Shown in pieces: positions 1 to 12,597 of a stretch of DNA of 64,000 bases. How positions within the stretch are numbered: position 1 is the stretch's first letter; each line of letters begins with the position of its first letter. The translations under genes and the position numbers were made by a program. The DNA lies in the NCBI GenBank assembly GCA_900544585.1, contig UQVX01000001.1, positions 261,717-325,716 of the forward strand, read 5' to 3'. Source of the DNA: an uncultured Mycoplasmataceae bacterium. Lineage in GTDB: Bacteria; Bacillota_I; Bacilli_A; Mycoplasmatales; Mycoplasmoidaceae. Below the pieces are notes generated by a model that was not told where the DNA came from, made no database searches, and saw nothing but the letters and a program-made list of their open reading frames with translations.

Positions 1-1
1 T

Positions 2-202
2 GAAAATTCCCGGAAGTTTAATTATCCTGCAAAGTTAATTGATATCATTCATGACGTTGAAAAAGAAATTTGAGAATTAATTAATAAAGGATTTTTTAAT
101 AAGTTTATTGAACCAAATTATTTAGAGGCAATTAATGACCTCATGAATAAATATAAAGAAATAAATCATAAAGTGGATAGCGATATTGAAAATGAACAAT
201 AA
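2..202 (+). CDS. 3' end of hypothetical protein (partial, runs off the window)
   Basis: Open in code 4 from window start (ENSRKFNYPAKL...ENEQ) to TAA 200-202; overlaps the next ATG. Confidence 0.6.
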
Positions 203-974
203 AATCACATTAAATGATGAAGTTATTAAATACTATGATGAATTATTAAGTAATATTAAAAAAGATTTTGCTAATGGGCAACATCAAAAAGCAATTGAAA
301 GATTACAAGAGGAATTAGAACAAACTTATATCCCTTTTGAATATCAACAAATTTTTGAACACGAATTACATCTCTTACAAACAGAATATCGTTACTTGCA
401 AATTGATGAAAAAATTAAAAAATTACCCCAAGATAAAATGATGGAGCAAATTACTGCCAACAACAAATTTAATGTATATTTGTTAGATTATTTTTTGCAA
501 TTATTTCATAACCAACTTACAGATAAAGATTATTTCGTTATTGGTGAATGACTAAAATCAACTATTTTAGACAACACCCAAAAATTTTATGTTTTGGATA
601 GTTTGGCACACTTTAACATTGACAAAGATTTTATTTTTTACAATCATTTGGTGCAAGATGACGTTGTATTAAATACATTAAATTTTCATGGTCATGAAAA
701 TTTTAAAAATTACAACATCACTCTAGACATCATTGAAAAAACATTATTTAAAGACCCAATTGTCACAAAATTTGCCGAAGATTTATTAAATGCTGTTACA
801 ACTCATTATTTTCCTAGTTTTATTTTTAATGATCCTGAAAATTTAGCAAAAATTATTTTAAAAATTATTAATAATAGCATGAATTTTGTGCAACTAGATT
901 TGGCAGATTTATCAGAAGATGAACGTAAGGTTTACAAAATTTTTCTAGATTTACAATCTAGTGAATCTATCTAA
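192..974 (+). CDS. Conserved mycoplasma hypothetical protein, DUF3196-like
   Basis: Track ORFs 186-551 and 594-974 join through TGA; LQEELEQTYIP motif; lies directly before tig-lon as in pneumoniae-group mycoplasmas. Confidence 0.7.
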
Positions 975-1039
975 TTTATATATATTGATATAATTTATTA
1001 GGAATGTTTAAAAACATTGATCTATTGGAGAAAATTATT

Positions 1040-2449
1040 ATGAAAATAACAAATGTTGACCAACAAAAAAATGCTGTTATTTTTACAGTAGAAGTAGACA
1101 AAAATCTTTGACAAAAAAGTTTTAAAAAAGCAATGGCAGATGCAGCTAAAAACATTAGAATTGAAGGTTTTAGACCTGGGAAAACTCCGCTTAATCTAGT
1201 TGAAAAAAGAATTAATCGTGGTGATGTGTACCAAAAAGCTGCTAACAACACCATTAATGAAGTATTAATTAATTTGGAAGAAAGTCCAGAATTCAAAAAT
1301 GATAAATATGAATTACTAGACCGTCCCAGTGTTGATATTAAAAATGTTAATGATGATGAATTAACATTGTCATTTAGCTATGATATCATGCCAAAAGTTA
1401 CGATTAAAGATTATAGTCAACTTGAATTAAATTGAGATAAACATAAGGTTGTTGAAGATAAAGATGTTGACCATGAAGCAAATGCATGATTACAAAGTAG
1501 TAAAAAACTTTTAGATGTAACAGATAGAAGTTTAGCAAAAGATGATATTGCAATAATTGATTTTGTTGGTTCAATTGATGGTGTGGAATTTTTAGGTGGA
1601 AAAGGTGAAAATTTTAGTTTAAAGATTGGTTCTAAACAATTCATTGATAATTTTGAAGACCAATTAATTGGAATGAACATTAATGATAGTAAAACTATCA
1701 CTGTTAAATTCCCTAAAGACTACCACGCTAAAGAGTATGCAAATAAAAAAGCTGATTTTAAAGTAGACTTAAAGGCAATTAAGAAGGAATATGACCTTAA
1801 ATTAGATGATGATTTTGTTAAATCATTAAATTTGGATGATGTAAAAACTGTTAAAGAATTTAAAGACTACATCAAAAAACATTTACAAGAAAGAAATAAT
1901 AGTATTTTAAAAACTGACATTCAAAAAGATTTGCTACTGAAGCTAATTGAATTAGTTGAATTAGATTACATTCCTAAAGGTTTGTTATTTGATGAAAAAA
2001 GAAGAATTGAACAAATCTTCATGAATCGGTTAAAAGAACAAAAAACAAACTTCAACAAATATTTGAAAGATAACAATCTTAAAGTTGAAGATGTTAACAA
2101 AGTGATTGAACAAGATGCAATTAACTCTATTAAATATGCATTAGCAATTGAAAAAATTGCTGATGATAATAAATTAAATATCACTGATGAAGATTATAAG
2201 TCATACGCTGGCAAATTAGCTAAGTTGTACAATCTAGCACTAGAAGATGTCTTAGATAAAATGAAAGCTAATGAAGAATGAATTAAAGAAGACTTGTTAA
2301 ATGATAGAGTAATTGATCATATCATTGCTGTCAATGTCAAGAACTTGCCTGCTAAGTCTAGCAAAAAAGACAAAGAAGGAAAAGAAGAAAAACCAAAAAC
2401 AACAAAGACTGCAACTAAAACAAAGTCAACAACTAAAACTACAAAATAA
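1040..2449 (+). CDS. tig: Trigger factor
   Basis: GGAG RBS; ribosome-binding motif IEGFRPGKTP; FKBP domain (IDFVGSIDGVEFLGGK, FIDNFEDQLIGM); continuous in code 4. Confidence 0.97.
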
Positions 2450-2456
2450 AATCCAT

Positions 2457-2484
2457 AAACTAACCATTTTTAAAGGTTAGTTTT
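2457..2484 (+). terminator. Intrinsic terminator of tig
   Basis: AAACTAACC-loop-GGTTAGTTT hairpin followed by a T-run. Confidence 0.8.
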
Positions 2485-2502
2485 ATTTTTTAATTTGATT
2501 TA

Positions 2503-2529
2503 TTAGCAATCTAATAATATGAGTGCTAA
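2503..2529 (+). promoter_or_regulatory. CIRCE operator (HrcA site) upstream of lon
   Basis: TTAGCAATC-N9-GAGTGCTAA, one mismatch to consensus TTAGCACTC-N9-GAGTGCTAA. Confidence 0.92.
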
Positions 2530-2586
2530 AAGATTATATTTTATGTTAGGATATAGATAACATTTTTAGTAAAGGAGTGTAGTAAA

Positions 2587-4986
2587 TTGAGTAAACAACC
2601 ATTACCAATTATTGCTACTAGAGGGCTTGTAGTATTACCTAAAACTGATCTTGCCATTGAAATCGGTAGACAAAAATCCATTCAGGCTCTAGAATTAGCT
2701 ATTGCTAATAAATCACAAGTTATTGTTGTTACCCAAATGAATCCTGATTTAGATGATCCTAAATCCAAAGATCTTAGCACAGTTGGGACACTGGCTAAAA
2801 TTAAAAAAGCTAAGAAAAATGAGGATGACAATGATTATTCAATTGTTGTAACAGGTTTGAAACCTGTCATCTTACAATTACCAAGCGGTAATGAAGAACT
2901 ACCTTTAACATGTGATTATAAAGAATTAGAAGAAAAAATTGAATTTGAAGAAGATTATTTAGCTGATTTACAGACATTAATTATTCAAGCAATTGAAAAA
3001 AATATTCCTTTTAATGATAAATATTTTAATGTGGCTCAAAAAATTCCATCATCTGAAGAAGTAAAGCCAAATGAATATTTGGCATTGCTAAATAATCTGT
3101 TAATGGCGTTTAATTATGATGATTTTCAAACATTGTTAGATGCTTTAATTGGTCAAGATACAAAAACAAAACAAGAAGTTTTTACAGATGCATTATTAAG
3201 AAAGATGCCTGATGAAAAAGCCCAATCCAATGTTGATAATTTAATTAATAAAAAAATCAATGAAAGCTTGTCTAAACAACAAAAAGAATTCTATTTAAGA
3301 GAACGTTTAAAAGCTATCAAAGAAGAATTGAAAATGATTTCTTCACGTGATGAAGAAATTGATGCCATCAAAACAAGATTAAATAAAGAACCATTCCCTG
3401 AACACATTAAGCAAAAAATTCTTCGTGAAATCAATAAATATGAGCAAGCCAATCCTAATGAAACTTCCATTATCAAGTCATACATTGATTGACTAATGTC
3501 TATTCCATGATGACAAGAAAGTCAAGATAATGAAGATTTAGTAAGTGTTTCTAACATTTTAAATAAGAATCACTATGGAATCGACAAAGTTAAGGAAAGA
3601 ATTATTGAATACTTAGCTGTTAAAATTCAAAATAAAAATGCCAAGGGACCAATTATTTGTTTAGTTGGACCTCCAGGGGTAGGTAAGACGTCTCTAGCTA
3701 AATCGATTGCTGAAGCACTACACAAGGTATACGTTAAAGTATCTTTAGGTGGTGTAAAAGATGAATCAGAAATTAGAGGACATAGAAAAACTTATTTAGG
3801 GGCAATGCCAGGTAGAATTATCAAAGGAATGAAAAAAGCTGGCGTCATGAACCCACTCTTCTTACTTGATGAAATTGACAAGATGGGTAGTGACTTTAAA
3901 GGTGACCCTTCAAGCGCATTGCTTGAAGTGTTAGACCCAGAACAAAACATGCACTTTAGTGATAACTATATTGAAGAAGAATATGATTTATCAAAAGTAA
4001 TGTTTGTAGCAACTGCTAACTACTATAATCAAATTCCTGAGGCATTAATTGATCGTTTAGAAGTAATTGAATTATCTAGTTATACACCTAATGAAAAACT
4101 AGAAATTGCTAAATCGCACCTAATTAAAAAAGTTTTAGAAACTGTGAATATTTCTAGTGATGAGTTAACATTTACCGATGATGGTATCAATCATATCATC
4201 AATTATTACACCCGTGAGGCTGGTGTAAGAGAATTACAAAGAATGATTGAAAAAATTGTAAGAAAACATCTTGTCCAAAAACTCAATGCTAAAGATAAAA
4301 CTAAAATCACTAAAGAGATTGTTGATCCTAAATTAGTAGAAAAATACTTAGGACAAAAGAGATTTGATGTAACTTTAAAAGATAAAGAAAGTATGCCAGG
4401 TGTTGTTAATGGTATGGCATATACATCTGCAGGTGGTGATTTATTACCAATTGAAACAACTTTCTTTAAAGGTAAGGGTGATATCATTATCACAGGTAAT
4501 CTAGAACAAACAATGAGTGAATCTGCATCAGTTGCCCTAGGGTTTGTTAAAGCCAATGCAGAAAGATTCGGCATTGATCCAGAAATTTTTAAATCTATTG
4601 ATATTCATATTCATGTCCCGGCTGGTGGAGTTCCGAAAGATGGTCCAAGTGCAGGTGTAACATTAACATCATCAATTATTTCTGCATTAAACCATATCCC
4701 AGTTTCTACTAAAATTAGCATGACTGGTGAAATTACTTTAAGAGGTAAAGTGGGAATTATTGGCGGAGTTAAAGAAAAAGTCATCTCAGCGTTTAGAGCA
4801 GGAGTTAATGAAATCTTCATCCCAAGAGATGATGAACGTTTCTTAGAAGATATTCCTCAAGAAATTTTGCAACAAATTACAATTCATTTGGTTGATACAT
4901 ATGATGATATCTTTAATATTATTTTCAAAGATATCAAACCATTCATCAAACCAGTAAAAGAAGCTAAGTCAAGTACAATAAACTAA
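2587..4986 (+). CDS. lon: ATP-dependent Lon protease
   Basis: AAGGAG RBS, TTG start; Walker A GPPGVGKT, RGHRKTYLGAMPG, LLDEIDK, catalytic KDGPSAG. Confidence 0.98.
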
Positions 4987-4991
4987 TATTT

Positions 4992-5036
4992 AAAAAACCA
5001 ACTAGAAATCTAATTAAAACCTCTAGTTGGTTTTTT
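4992..5036. terminator. Bidirectional intrinsic terminator after lon
   Basis: AAAAAACCAACTAGA...TCTAGTTGGTTTTTT inverted repeat. Confidence 0.85.
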
Positions 5037-5047
5037 ATATTATTGTA

Positions 5048-5278
5048 TTATTTATTTGATTTGAGGCGATTACAATTTTGGCAGAGCATTTGGGTGTTTT
5101 CAACTTGGGTTTTCCCACCCTTAGAATATGGTTGAATATGATCAAACTCTACTTCATTAAAATTTGTAAATGGCTTATTGCATGAATTACATTTGTGTTC
5201 ATTGGCATCTCAAATTTTTAATGTGAATAAATGTACCGTAATTTGAATGTAAAAAATAACAAAAAAACTAGCAATCAC
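5048..5278 (-). pseudogene. HNH endonuclease domain (probable remnant or very small protein)
   Basis: Minus frame reads KIWDANEHKCNSCNKPFTNFNEVEFDHIQPYSKGGKTQVENTQMLCQNCNRLKSNK*, i.e. CxxC...DH..P.SKGG.T..N...LC..CN; no ATG start, only a GTG inside the tRNA terminator. Confidence 0.8.
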
Positions 5279-5293
5279 AAGGATTGCCAGTTT
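5261..5293 (-). terminator. Intrinsic terminator of tRNA-His
   Basis: Minus strand AAACTGGCAATC-CTTGT-GATTGCTAGTTT plus T-run. Confidence 0.8.
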
Positions 5294-5303
5294 GATCTTA
5301 AGA

Positions 5304-5383
5304 TGGGGCGACTAACGGGGCTCGAACCCGTGAAAATACCTGAGTCACAGTCAGGCGTGTTAACCAACTTCACCATAGCCGCC
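5304..5383 (-). tRNA. tRNA-His(GTG)
   Basis: Cloverleaf, anticodon arm CCTGA-CTGTGAC-TCAGG, G-1/C73, encoded CCA. Confidence 0.95.
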
Positions 5384-5415
5384 AAATGTTACTCTAAAAT
5401 TATACTAAAATATTT

Positions 5416-6348
5416 TTATTTTTCAGAATGGTAAGAATTAATTATGCGGTTCTTAAAACTTACAATGGCAGGATTTAAAGCACAAACCAAGGTTGTTAAA
5501 ATAATGATGTAAATTGGGGTTTTAAAACATTCTTTAATAACCCTGGGTAATAAGTAATACATGACACCATAATTAACTAAATTAGGTACATAGCTTGTAT
5601 TATTTAAAAATTTATAATATTCAATAGCTGAAATTGGCCCCAATAGAAACGAAAAGATGACCGTACTGGTTAAAGCGACAATTGTTATAAACAAGAATGT
5701 TTCAAAACGAATAGAATCAGCATCCCTATATTTTTTAAATAGGTAATATCTATAACCCACAATCACCTCAACGATCACAAATAATCCAAGTAGAATACCT
5801 AAAATAATTCACCGTAAATATAATTGGGTTGTTTTAATCATATTAGAAGTGGAGTTTTCTGCATTGCTAATGGATTGAAAAAATGGGTTGTTAGGATTAG
5901 TGTAATAAAACACAATAAAAATGCTACTAATAATAAAACCTATTAACATGATTTGATTTATAATCAAGCAAATACTAAAATGTTGTTTAGTATTTCTAAT
6001 AATATTAAACAAACTAGAAATTATTCCAACAATTAGCCCTAAGATTGGTTCTTGCAATGCATACATTCAAAATCACACACCACCATAGATTAATCAATTG
6101 ATAGTATCAATTAATGCACCCATCAATAATCCAACAATTGGACCAAAATATCACCCAATGATAATTCCTGGTAATCAGGCAAATGAAATTGTGATGCCAG
6201 CTGTAATATTAATTTTGAAGAGATTAAGGAGAATACTTAATCCTAGTAGGGCTGCTAAAACACAAATGCCAGTAATAGATTTAAAAATCTTTACTGGTCA
6301 AAATGGAAATAAGAATTTGATAAACTTATTTGTTTTTTGGTGTTCCAT
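5416..6348 (-). CDS. ECF transporter S component, FolT/folate-family-like membrane protein
   Basis: Code-4 ORF with ISFAWLPGIIIGWYFGPIVGLLMGALIDTINW and PRVIKE motifs; multiple TM helices. Confidence 0.75.
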
Positions 6349-6352
6349 TTAT

Positions 6353-7603
6353 TTAAATCATTCTAGTGCTAATGCCGCCAAATGGCGAACGCCCAAAGTC
6401 AGTAGTATCTATTTCCCCGTTTCTAATTTGTTGAACATATTGATCTAATAATGCTTGAATTCTTTCAACGTCTTTTTTAGGATTAAAAATCACAGCAGTT
6501 ACAATACACACAACAATTAGACCTAGGGCTGCATATGTAATATATTGGAAAATTTTCCATAAATCAATCATTTTGATTGCTTCTAATGCAGTAGGTGTTC
6601 AATTACCATCGGTTCCACTATTTCAAGGTTTAAATACAGCGTCGAATGAGCCTAAACGATTGAACAAAAGAACTTGTGATTCATTAGCAGTTAAAGTAAT
6701 GACTAAAAAGAAAAAAACAAAGAAGGACAATCAACCTCAAGGCATAAAAAATTTAGCATTATCATTCTTCATATTTCTAATGACAGAGACTGCCATCAAT
6801 GCCAAAAACAAAACTGTCAAAATTAAAATGTAGGGAAATGGTGAAACAAAGCTAATCTCTTGGGGTTGAACAGTAGCGGCTGCATTTGATGGTTTGTAAT
6901 ACAATCTGGTTTGTGGCAACATCAAAACTGTATAACTAGCAATTGCCATTCCCATCAAAATAACAAATAATGCAAAAGTTAGCACTTTTATCACTGGAAT
7001 AATCATTGGTTTAGATTTATAAATAAAAACTTTACCCTTAGCAATGTTGCGTTGTAACAAAATTGATGCTTGAGTAGCCACCAATTGGTCAGCAACATCA
7101 TGCATTGTATAACCACTACGCTCCAACACTTCTTCATCAGACATTCTATGAGAATTATTATTGGTAGTTGCTTCATTAATAGGAATAGTTTCAACTACAT
7201 CATCATGCGGTTGAGATGAATTATCATTACTATTAGCTGCTTTAAAAGAATTTTCCAATTCTTCAACATTCATACCAATTTTATTAACTAAATAAGTATT
7301 TAAATAATTAACTTTATCTTGCAAATCAATAGTATTTTTATATAAATTTACATCATCATCAAAGTTGATAGGTTGGTTGCAAATTGCATAGTATGCTTCA
7401 CTATACCTAGAAACATTGCTATTTGCAATCCCAAAATTGGTTTCAAAGTAATTGACAATACCAATACATTCAATAAAAATTTTTCTAAATAAATTATCAG
7501 TCTTTAACAAATTAATTGTAGGTTGAGCTAAAACGATGATATCTAAATATTTAATAGTTTGGTGATATAAATCGTTCTGAGCTGTAGTCATTTTTTTACT
7601 CAT
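6353..7603 (-). CDS. Hypothetical membrane protein (soluble N-terminus, about 4 C-terminal TM helices)
   Basis: Track ORFs 6737-7603 and 6353-6571 are in one frame through TGA; 416 aa. Confidence 0.8.
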
Positions 7604-7619
7604 AATGATTACTAAACTC

Positions 7620-8537
7620 CTATCTAAATAATTTTAATAGAAAATATTTAAATGCTTGATTTTTATCAATTAGATTTCGTTTTATTTTGATATCTAATTC
7701 ATATAAAGTATCAATCATTTTAATTATTTTTTTAATTGCTTGTTTTCTCAAAATATTATCAATATTTTTATAAACATAATAATTGATTTCTAATAAACTA
7801 CAAATTTCATCGTATTGATAGTTATTTTGTTGTAATTGATAGACACAAATGATTTGATTTATTTGTAGTGCAATCATATGAATAATGTAATTTAAATCAG
7901 GATCTGTTTTAAAAAATTTTTCATATATTAACATTGCGCTATTTAAATCTTTTTGAAAACAATAAGATACTAGTTCAAAAATAGTAGCTTGTCTATAGTC
8001 GGAAACTAGCGATTTAATGGTGTCTAAATTAACATCATGATAATTAACAATTTTGTTAATTTCGTTTTCAATGATGCATGCATCATTTGGTAATTTATTA
8101 ACTAATAGATCTAATTCATCACTATCTAAATATAAATTATGATTTATTAATAAATTTTGTAAATAACTATACTTGTTTTTATCTGTTAATTGCTTAACTT
8201 CATAATAATTAATTTGGTTTAAAAAAGATGTAACTTTATTGGCATTAGATGGTTTCTTATTTGTAATAATCACAATATTTTGAGTATTATTTTTAGTTTC
8301 ATTTAACAACCCTTCATGATTATTAAAATCACTCAATGAACTAAAAATATCATTACTATAAAAAACATAGGCTTGAGGTAAGAGAAACAAACTAGTTTGC
8401 AAGCTAGCAAAATAAAATTCGTTAAAGTTTGTTAGATCTTTAACAATTTTAATTTCATCAGGATTAAATGATTGCAAGATTTTTTTTAACTCACTATCTA
8501 CTAGTTTGGTGTCTTGGCCATAAATTACTGTTAGCAT
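7620..8537 (-). CDS. holA: DNA polymerase III delta subunit
   Basis: N-terminal VIYGQD, QTSLF, IENEINK, TIFEL, LYELDIKIK pattern typical of HolA. Confidence 0.88.
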   Translation of the reverse strand: MLTVIYGQDTKLVDSELKKILQSFNPDEIKIVKDLTNFNEFYFASLQTSLFLLPQAYVFYSNDIFSSLSDFNNHEGLLNETKNNTQNIVIITNKKPSNANKVTSFLNQINYYEVKQLTDKNKYSYLQNLLINHNLYLDSDELDLLVNKLPNDACIIENEINKIVNYHDVNLDTIKSLVSDYRQATIFELVSYCFQKDLNSAMLIYEKFFKTDPDLNYIIHMIALQINQIICVYQLQQNNYQYDEICSLLEINYYVYKNIDNILRKQAIKKIIKMIDTLYELDIKIKRNLIDKNQAFKYFLLKLFR

Positions 8538-8551
8538 AAGTTAATTTTATT

Positions 8552-8590
8552 AAAAAAGTAGTTATTACTATTTCTAATAATAACTACTTT
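8552..8590 (-). terminator. Intrinsic terminator of APC permease 1
   Basis: AAAGTAGTTATTA...TAATAACTACTTT inverted repeat with T-run on the minus strand. Confidence 0.75.
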
Positions 8591-8614
8591 ATATATTATT
8601 TTAATAATTTAGAC

Positions 8615-10576
8615 TTATTTCTTTTTAGAAGAGCTTGCTTTCTTAGCAGGAGTTGATTTTTTAGAACTTGATGTAGTTTTTTTAGAAGAGCTTGATTTTG
8701 TAGTTTTAGTTGTTGATGTTGAGATTAATTCTTCAACTGGATCAACTTCACTAGCAAATTCTCCGTGAATTACATTAAGTTCTTTAACAGTTAATTCATT
8801 TCTGTTTAATGCTTTTTGTTCTCAACTCTTTAATAAAGTTCTTCTTTCAATACCTAAGTTAGCTAGAATTTCTTGTTCTAGGCTGTGACCTTTAATATCA
8901 GCCATAACTTTAGCTCTTTCAATTTGTGCATTGTCTAAAGAACCATATTTTTTCTTATCTAATGCTTCTTCAATGTAAATTGGAGCAATCATTAGAGCTA
9001 TGAATAAGAATAGTACTACCACAACCATTAATCTTGGTACAAATATGTCTTGTACATATTCTGTTGATCAACCATCTGTTGGTATTCTAAATAAGAAGAA
9101 CAAGTTTGCAATTGGTTCAAAGAAAGTAAAGAAGATAGCAATGGCATTGATAATGATTGTACAAATTGCCATTGGCATAAAGTAACTTGTTTTTTGAACT
9201 TTCACAAGACCTGTACTTCTATTTTTAACAGCCCCAGCAATTGCAAATGTAATAAATGCAAAGGCTAGTAATGCAGTTCATGTACCCATTAAATCAGCAA
9301 ATGAATATAATTGAGCTACACCTGTACCATAACTTGATCCATAACCAGCTGCATCAACATAACCTAAACCACCAATTATACAGAAGATAATTACAATTGG
9401 TAAACTAATTACTAAGTTGTACATAATTCCTACTCATGGAGTTTTAGGATTGATTTTTCCAGCAAATTTAGTACTAAATGGTACTTCATCAGCTAAAACT
9501 AAATCTTCCATGAAACGAGTAGATCAAAGTGCAAATCCATTAATGATTCCAAGTACACCAATACCAATTAAGATTTGGAATGTTGCATACAATCAATTCA
9601 AACCTTTATCTTTTAATCAATCTGCAAAACCAAATGGACTACCTTCTGATGCACCTAAAGACATTGCAATAGCAATTAATAAGTAAATTACAGTAACAAT
9701 AATTAAACCAAATAGAATTGCTAAAGGTGTTTTCTTAGGTTCTTTCATTTCTGATTGAATACCAGCTGTTACATAGAAACCATCATATGCAAAGAAGATG
9801 GCTGCCACTGCAATAAATAACCCAAATCCTGGAGTCATTGTAGCAAAGGTATAAGTAGTAGCAGCCATTGCTGCAGGACTAGTAGGTTCGGCAGTAGTTC
9901 CTGGGTTTGGAACTACAGGTATAAAACCTCAGTCAGTACCTTCTGGCAATTTACCGCCGTTTTGAGCAAAAGCTGCAAATCCCAAACCAATTGCCAACAC
10001 TAATGGAATAAATTTCACACAAGTGATAATTCAGTTTTGGATATTTCCAACACGTGAAGAAATTCCACATACTACAATAAAGTACACTGACATTACAACG
10101 GCAATGACCATCATAATAGCTCAGTCAGCGCTTGTTCCAAATGCTGCATTTGTTAAAGCACCAACACCATCTTGAATACTCATCACAACGTATAACGGCA
10201 TGAAAAAGTATGTTAGTGGTAAGTAAATATAAACCATGAAGTTTTTACATGATTTATAGATAAGTTTTCCATTAAACGTTTGAGATCAACCGATAATGGA
10301 AAGGTTATCATTTCTAGCACTTGCAATTTCAATCAAAGCTAGCCCCATTGCAATTACTGCAAAGGCTGCTAGAATTCATGCGAACATTGCAAGAACAACA
10401 GAGTTGCCAGTGTTTGTTAGAACACCGCCAGCTTTAAAGAAGATACCAGCACCAATACATGATCCCACAACGATCATCATGGCACTAAAGAAACCAATTT
10501 TCTTCTTTAAAGGAGCGTTTGCTAGGCCTTCTGTTGCTTGTTTAGCTTGCTTTTGTAAAGCATTTTCGCTAGACAT
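8615..10576 (-). CDS. APC-family amino acid permease 1 (candidate arginine/ornithine antiporter)
   Basis: TM1 VVGSCIGAGIF, TM6 FFAYDGFY, EMKEPKK; 653 aa in code 4; adjacent to arc operon. Confidence 0.9.
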
Positions 10577-10673
10577 AACATTCTCTCCCTATAAAATTAA
10601 GTTTTTTTAGATATGAAAGATAAAAAAATCCTTCACATGACATATTATAATTAATTAACTTGTTTTGTAAAAC

Positions 10674-10711
10674 AAAACAGACAAATATAAACCAAATATT
10701 TGTCTGTTTTT
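10674..10711. terminator. Intrinsic terminator between the two permeases
   Basis: AAAACAGACAAATAT...ATATTTGTCTGTTTT inverted repeat. Confidence 0.75.
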
Positions 10712-10736
10712 CATTTTTTAAATAAATTTAATTATT

Positions 10737-12548
10737 TTATTTTGCATCAGTGTCTGAAGTCGAACCTAATGGTTTATGCATGATAATATCAATTTGATTG
10801 ATTTTTTCTTCCTCATATTTTGCAATTGAGCCATATTTTTTGATACCAATTTTATCTTCAATGATTGTTGGTAATGTTGCAAACGCTAGATAGAAGAGTA
10901 GCATTACTAAAGCCATAATTCTTGGCACTAATATCGAATCAACATAACCATCAGTACTAGTTGGTATTTTAGCTAAAAAGATTAAATTTACAAATGGTTC
11001 AACAATTGTTACAACAATTGGTATAGAAATACAAATTGCAGCAATTAAAGACATTGGAATAAAAAATTTAAACTTGTTAACCTTTACTTGATTAGTTTTT
11101 CTATTTCTTAAACCCCCTATCAATGCAAGGGTGATGAATAAGAAAATGAACAATGCACTTCAATTAGACACCATGTCACAAAATGTGTATAATTTACCAA
11201 CACCAGTACCATACGTGTAATAAATTGCACCATCTGGTGAAACTAAACCTTGCACCGCGCTATAAATTGGCGTTCCTTGTAGAGAGTCTAATTTAGAAAA
11301 CAAGACACCATAACCTGCATCAGTTGTATTAACATAGAATGCACCAATAATACTAAATAGAATAATGGTTGGGATAGTGATAGCTAAACAATAAATCGCT
11401 CCCACAAATCTACTTCCTTTAGCTAGATATTTAGCTCCAGTTTTGCTAAATGGTAGCTCACCATCTCTAACAAGATCTTCTACAAATCTTGTTGCAAACA
11501 TATTGTAACCATTCGTTACACCCATGATTCCAATTCCAATGAAAATTTGGAAGATGGCAAATAACCAAATAATGTTTTTCTTGGCAAAGAAATGTACTAA
11601 TCCTTGCGGGTTACCAGCAGTTGAACCTAATGACATGCTAATGGCAATGATTAGATAGATAATTGTTGTTACAACCAAACCCATAACTATTGCCATTGGG
11701 GCTTTGTGAGGTTCTTTCATCTCAGTTTTTATCCCAGCTGCACCATAGAAACCGTCATAGGCGTACAAAATTCCTGAGGCTGCAATAAAGAATCCTAAAC
11801 CAGGTAAAATCCTAAAAGTATAAAATTGTTCAGGACTCATTGTACTTGGATTTCACTGACTAAAACCAGGAGCAAATTGTGAGCCTGCTGGTAAACCATT
11901 ATTTATACCAAAGATTACAAATCCAATCACTGCTGCTAAAGCTAAAGGAAGAAACTTTACTGATGTAATTACTCAGTTTTGTGCATTACCAATTTTTATT
12001 GAATATCCACAAGTAAGTGTGAAATATAAAGAAACACAAATGGCAATGACCATAATGATAGTTCAATCTGCAGAAGTGCCAAATCCTGAATATGGCATTC
12101 CTTTACTAATATAAATTGCGGCAACCGCATCTTGCATCGACATTACCATGTATAGTGGTAAAAAGAATCCTTTAATTGGGGTGTACAAGTAAAACATGTA
12201 ATTCTTACTAAATTTATAAATCAACCGATTATTGAATGTCTTACATCATCCAATCAAGGAAAGATTGTCATTTCTAGCACTGACAATTTCAATTAATGCT
12301 AAAGCCATGCATAATGTTGCAAATGCAACAAAAATTCAACACACCATCGCTAAAATAATTGAATTTTGTGAACCAACTAAAACACTTTTAGCTTTAAAAA
12401 AGATTCCCGATCCGATACAACTACCAACAACAACAAGCATAGCAGAAAAGAAACCAATCTTCTTTTTTGTGCTTGCATTAGCAAAATTTGAATCAGTTTT
12501 ATTCATAATGTTTGTTTTGGTAGATTTAGTTTGTTTTGTTGTTTTCAT
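10737..12548 (-). CDS. APC-family amino acid permease 2 (paralogue of permease 1)
   Basis: VVGSCIGSGIF, LYAYDGFY, EMKEPHK; 603 aa in code 4. Confidence 0.9.
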
Positions 12549-12597
12549 AATAATACAAAGTTTATATATTATATTATAAAATTTTGTATTTTATACA

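Noticed and set aside
976..4820. Antisense ORFs within tig and lon, and similar ones across the window
   Set aside because: Shadow frames of real genes with no motifs or RBS
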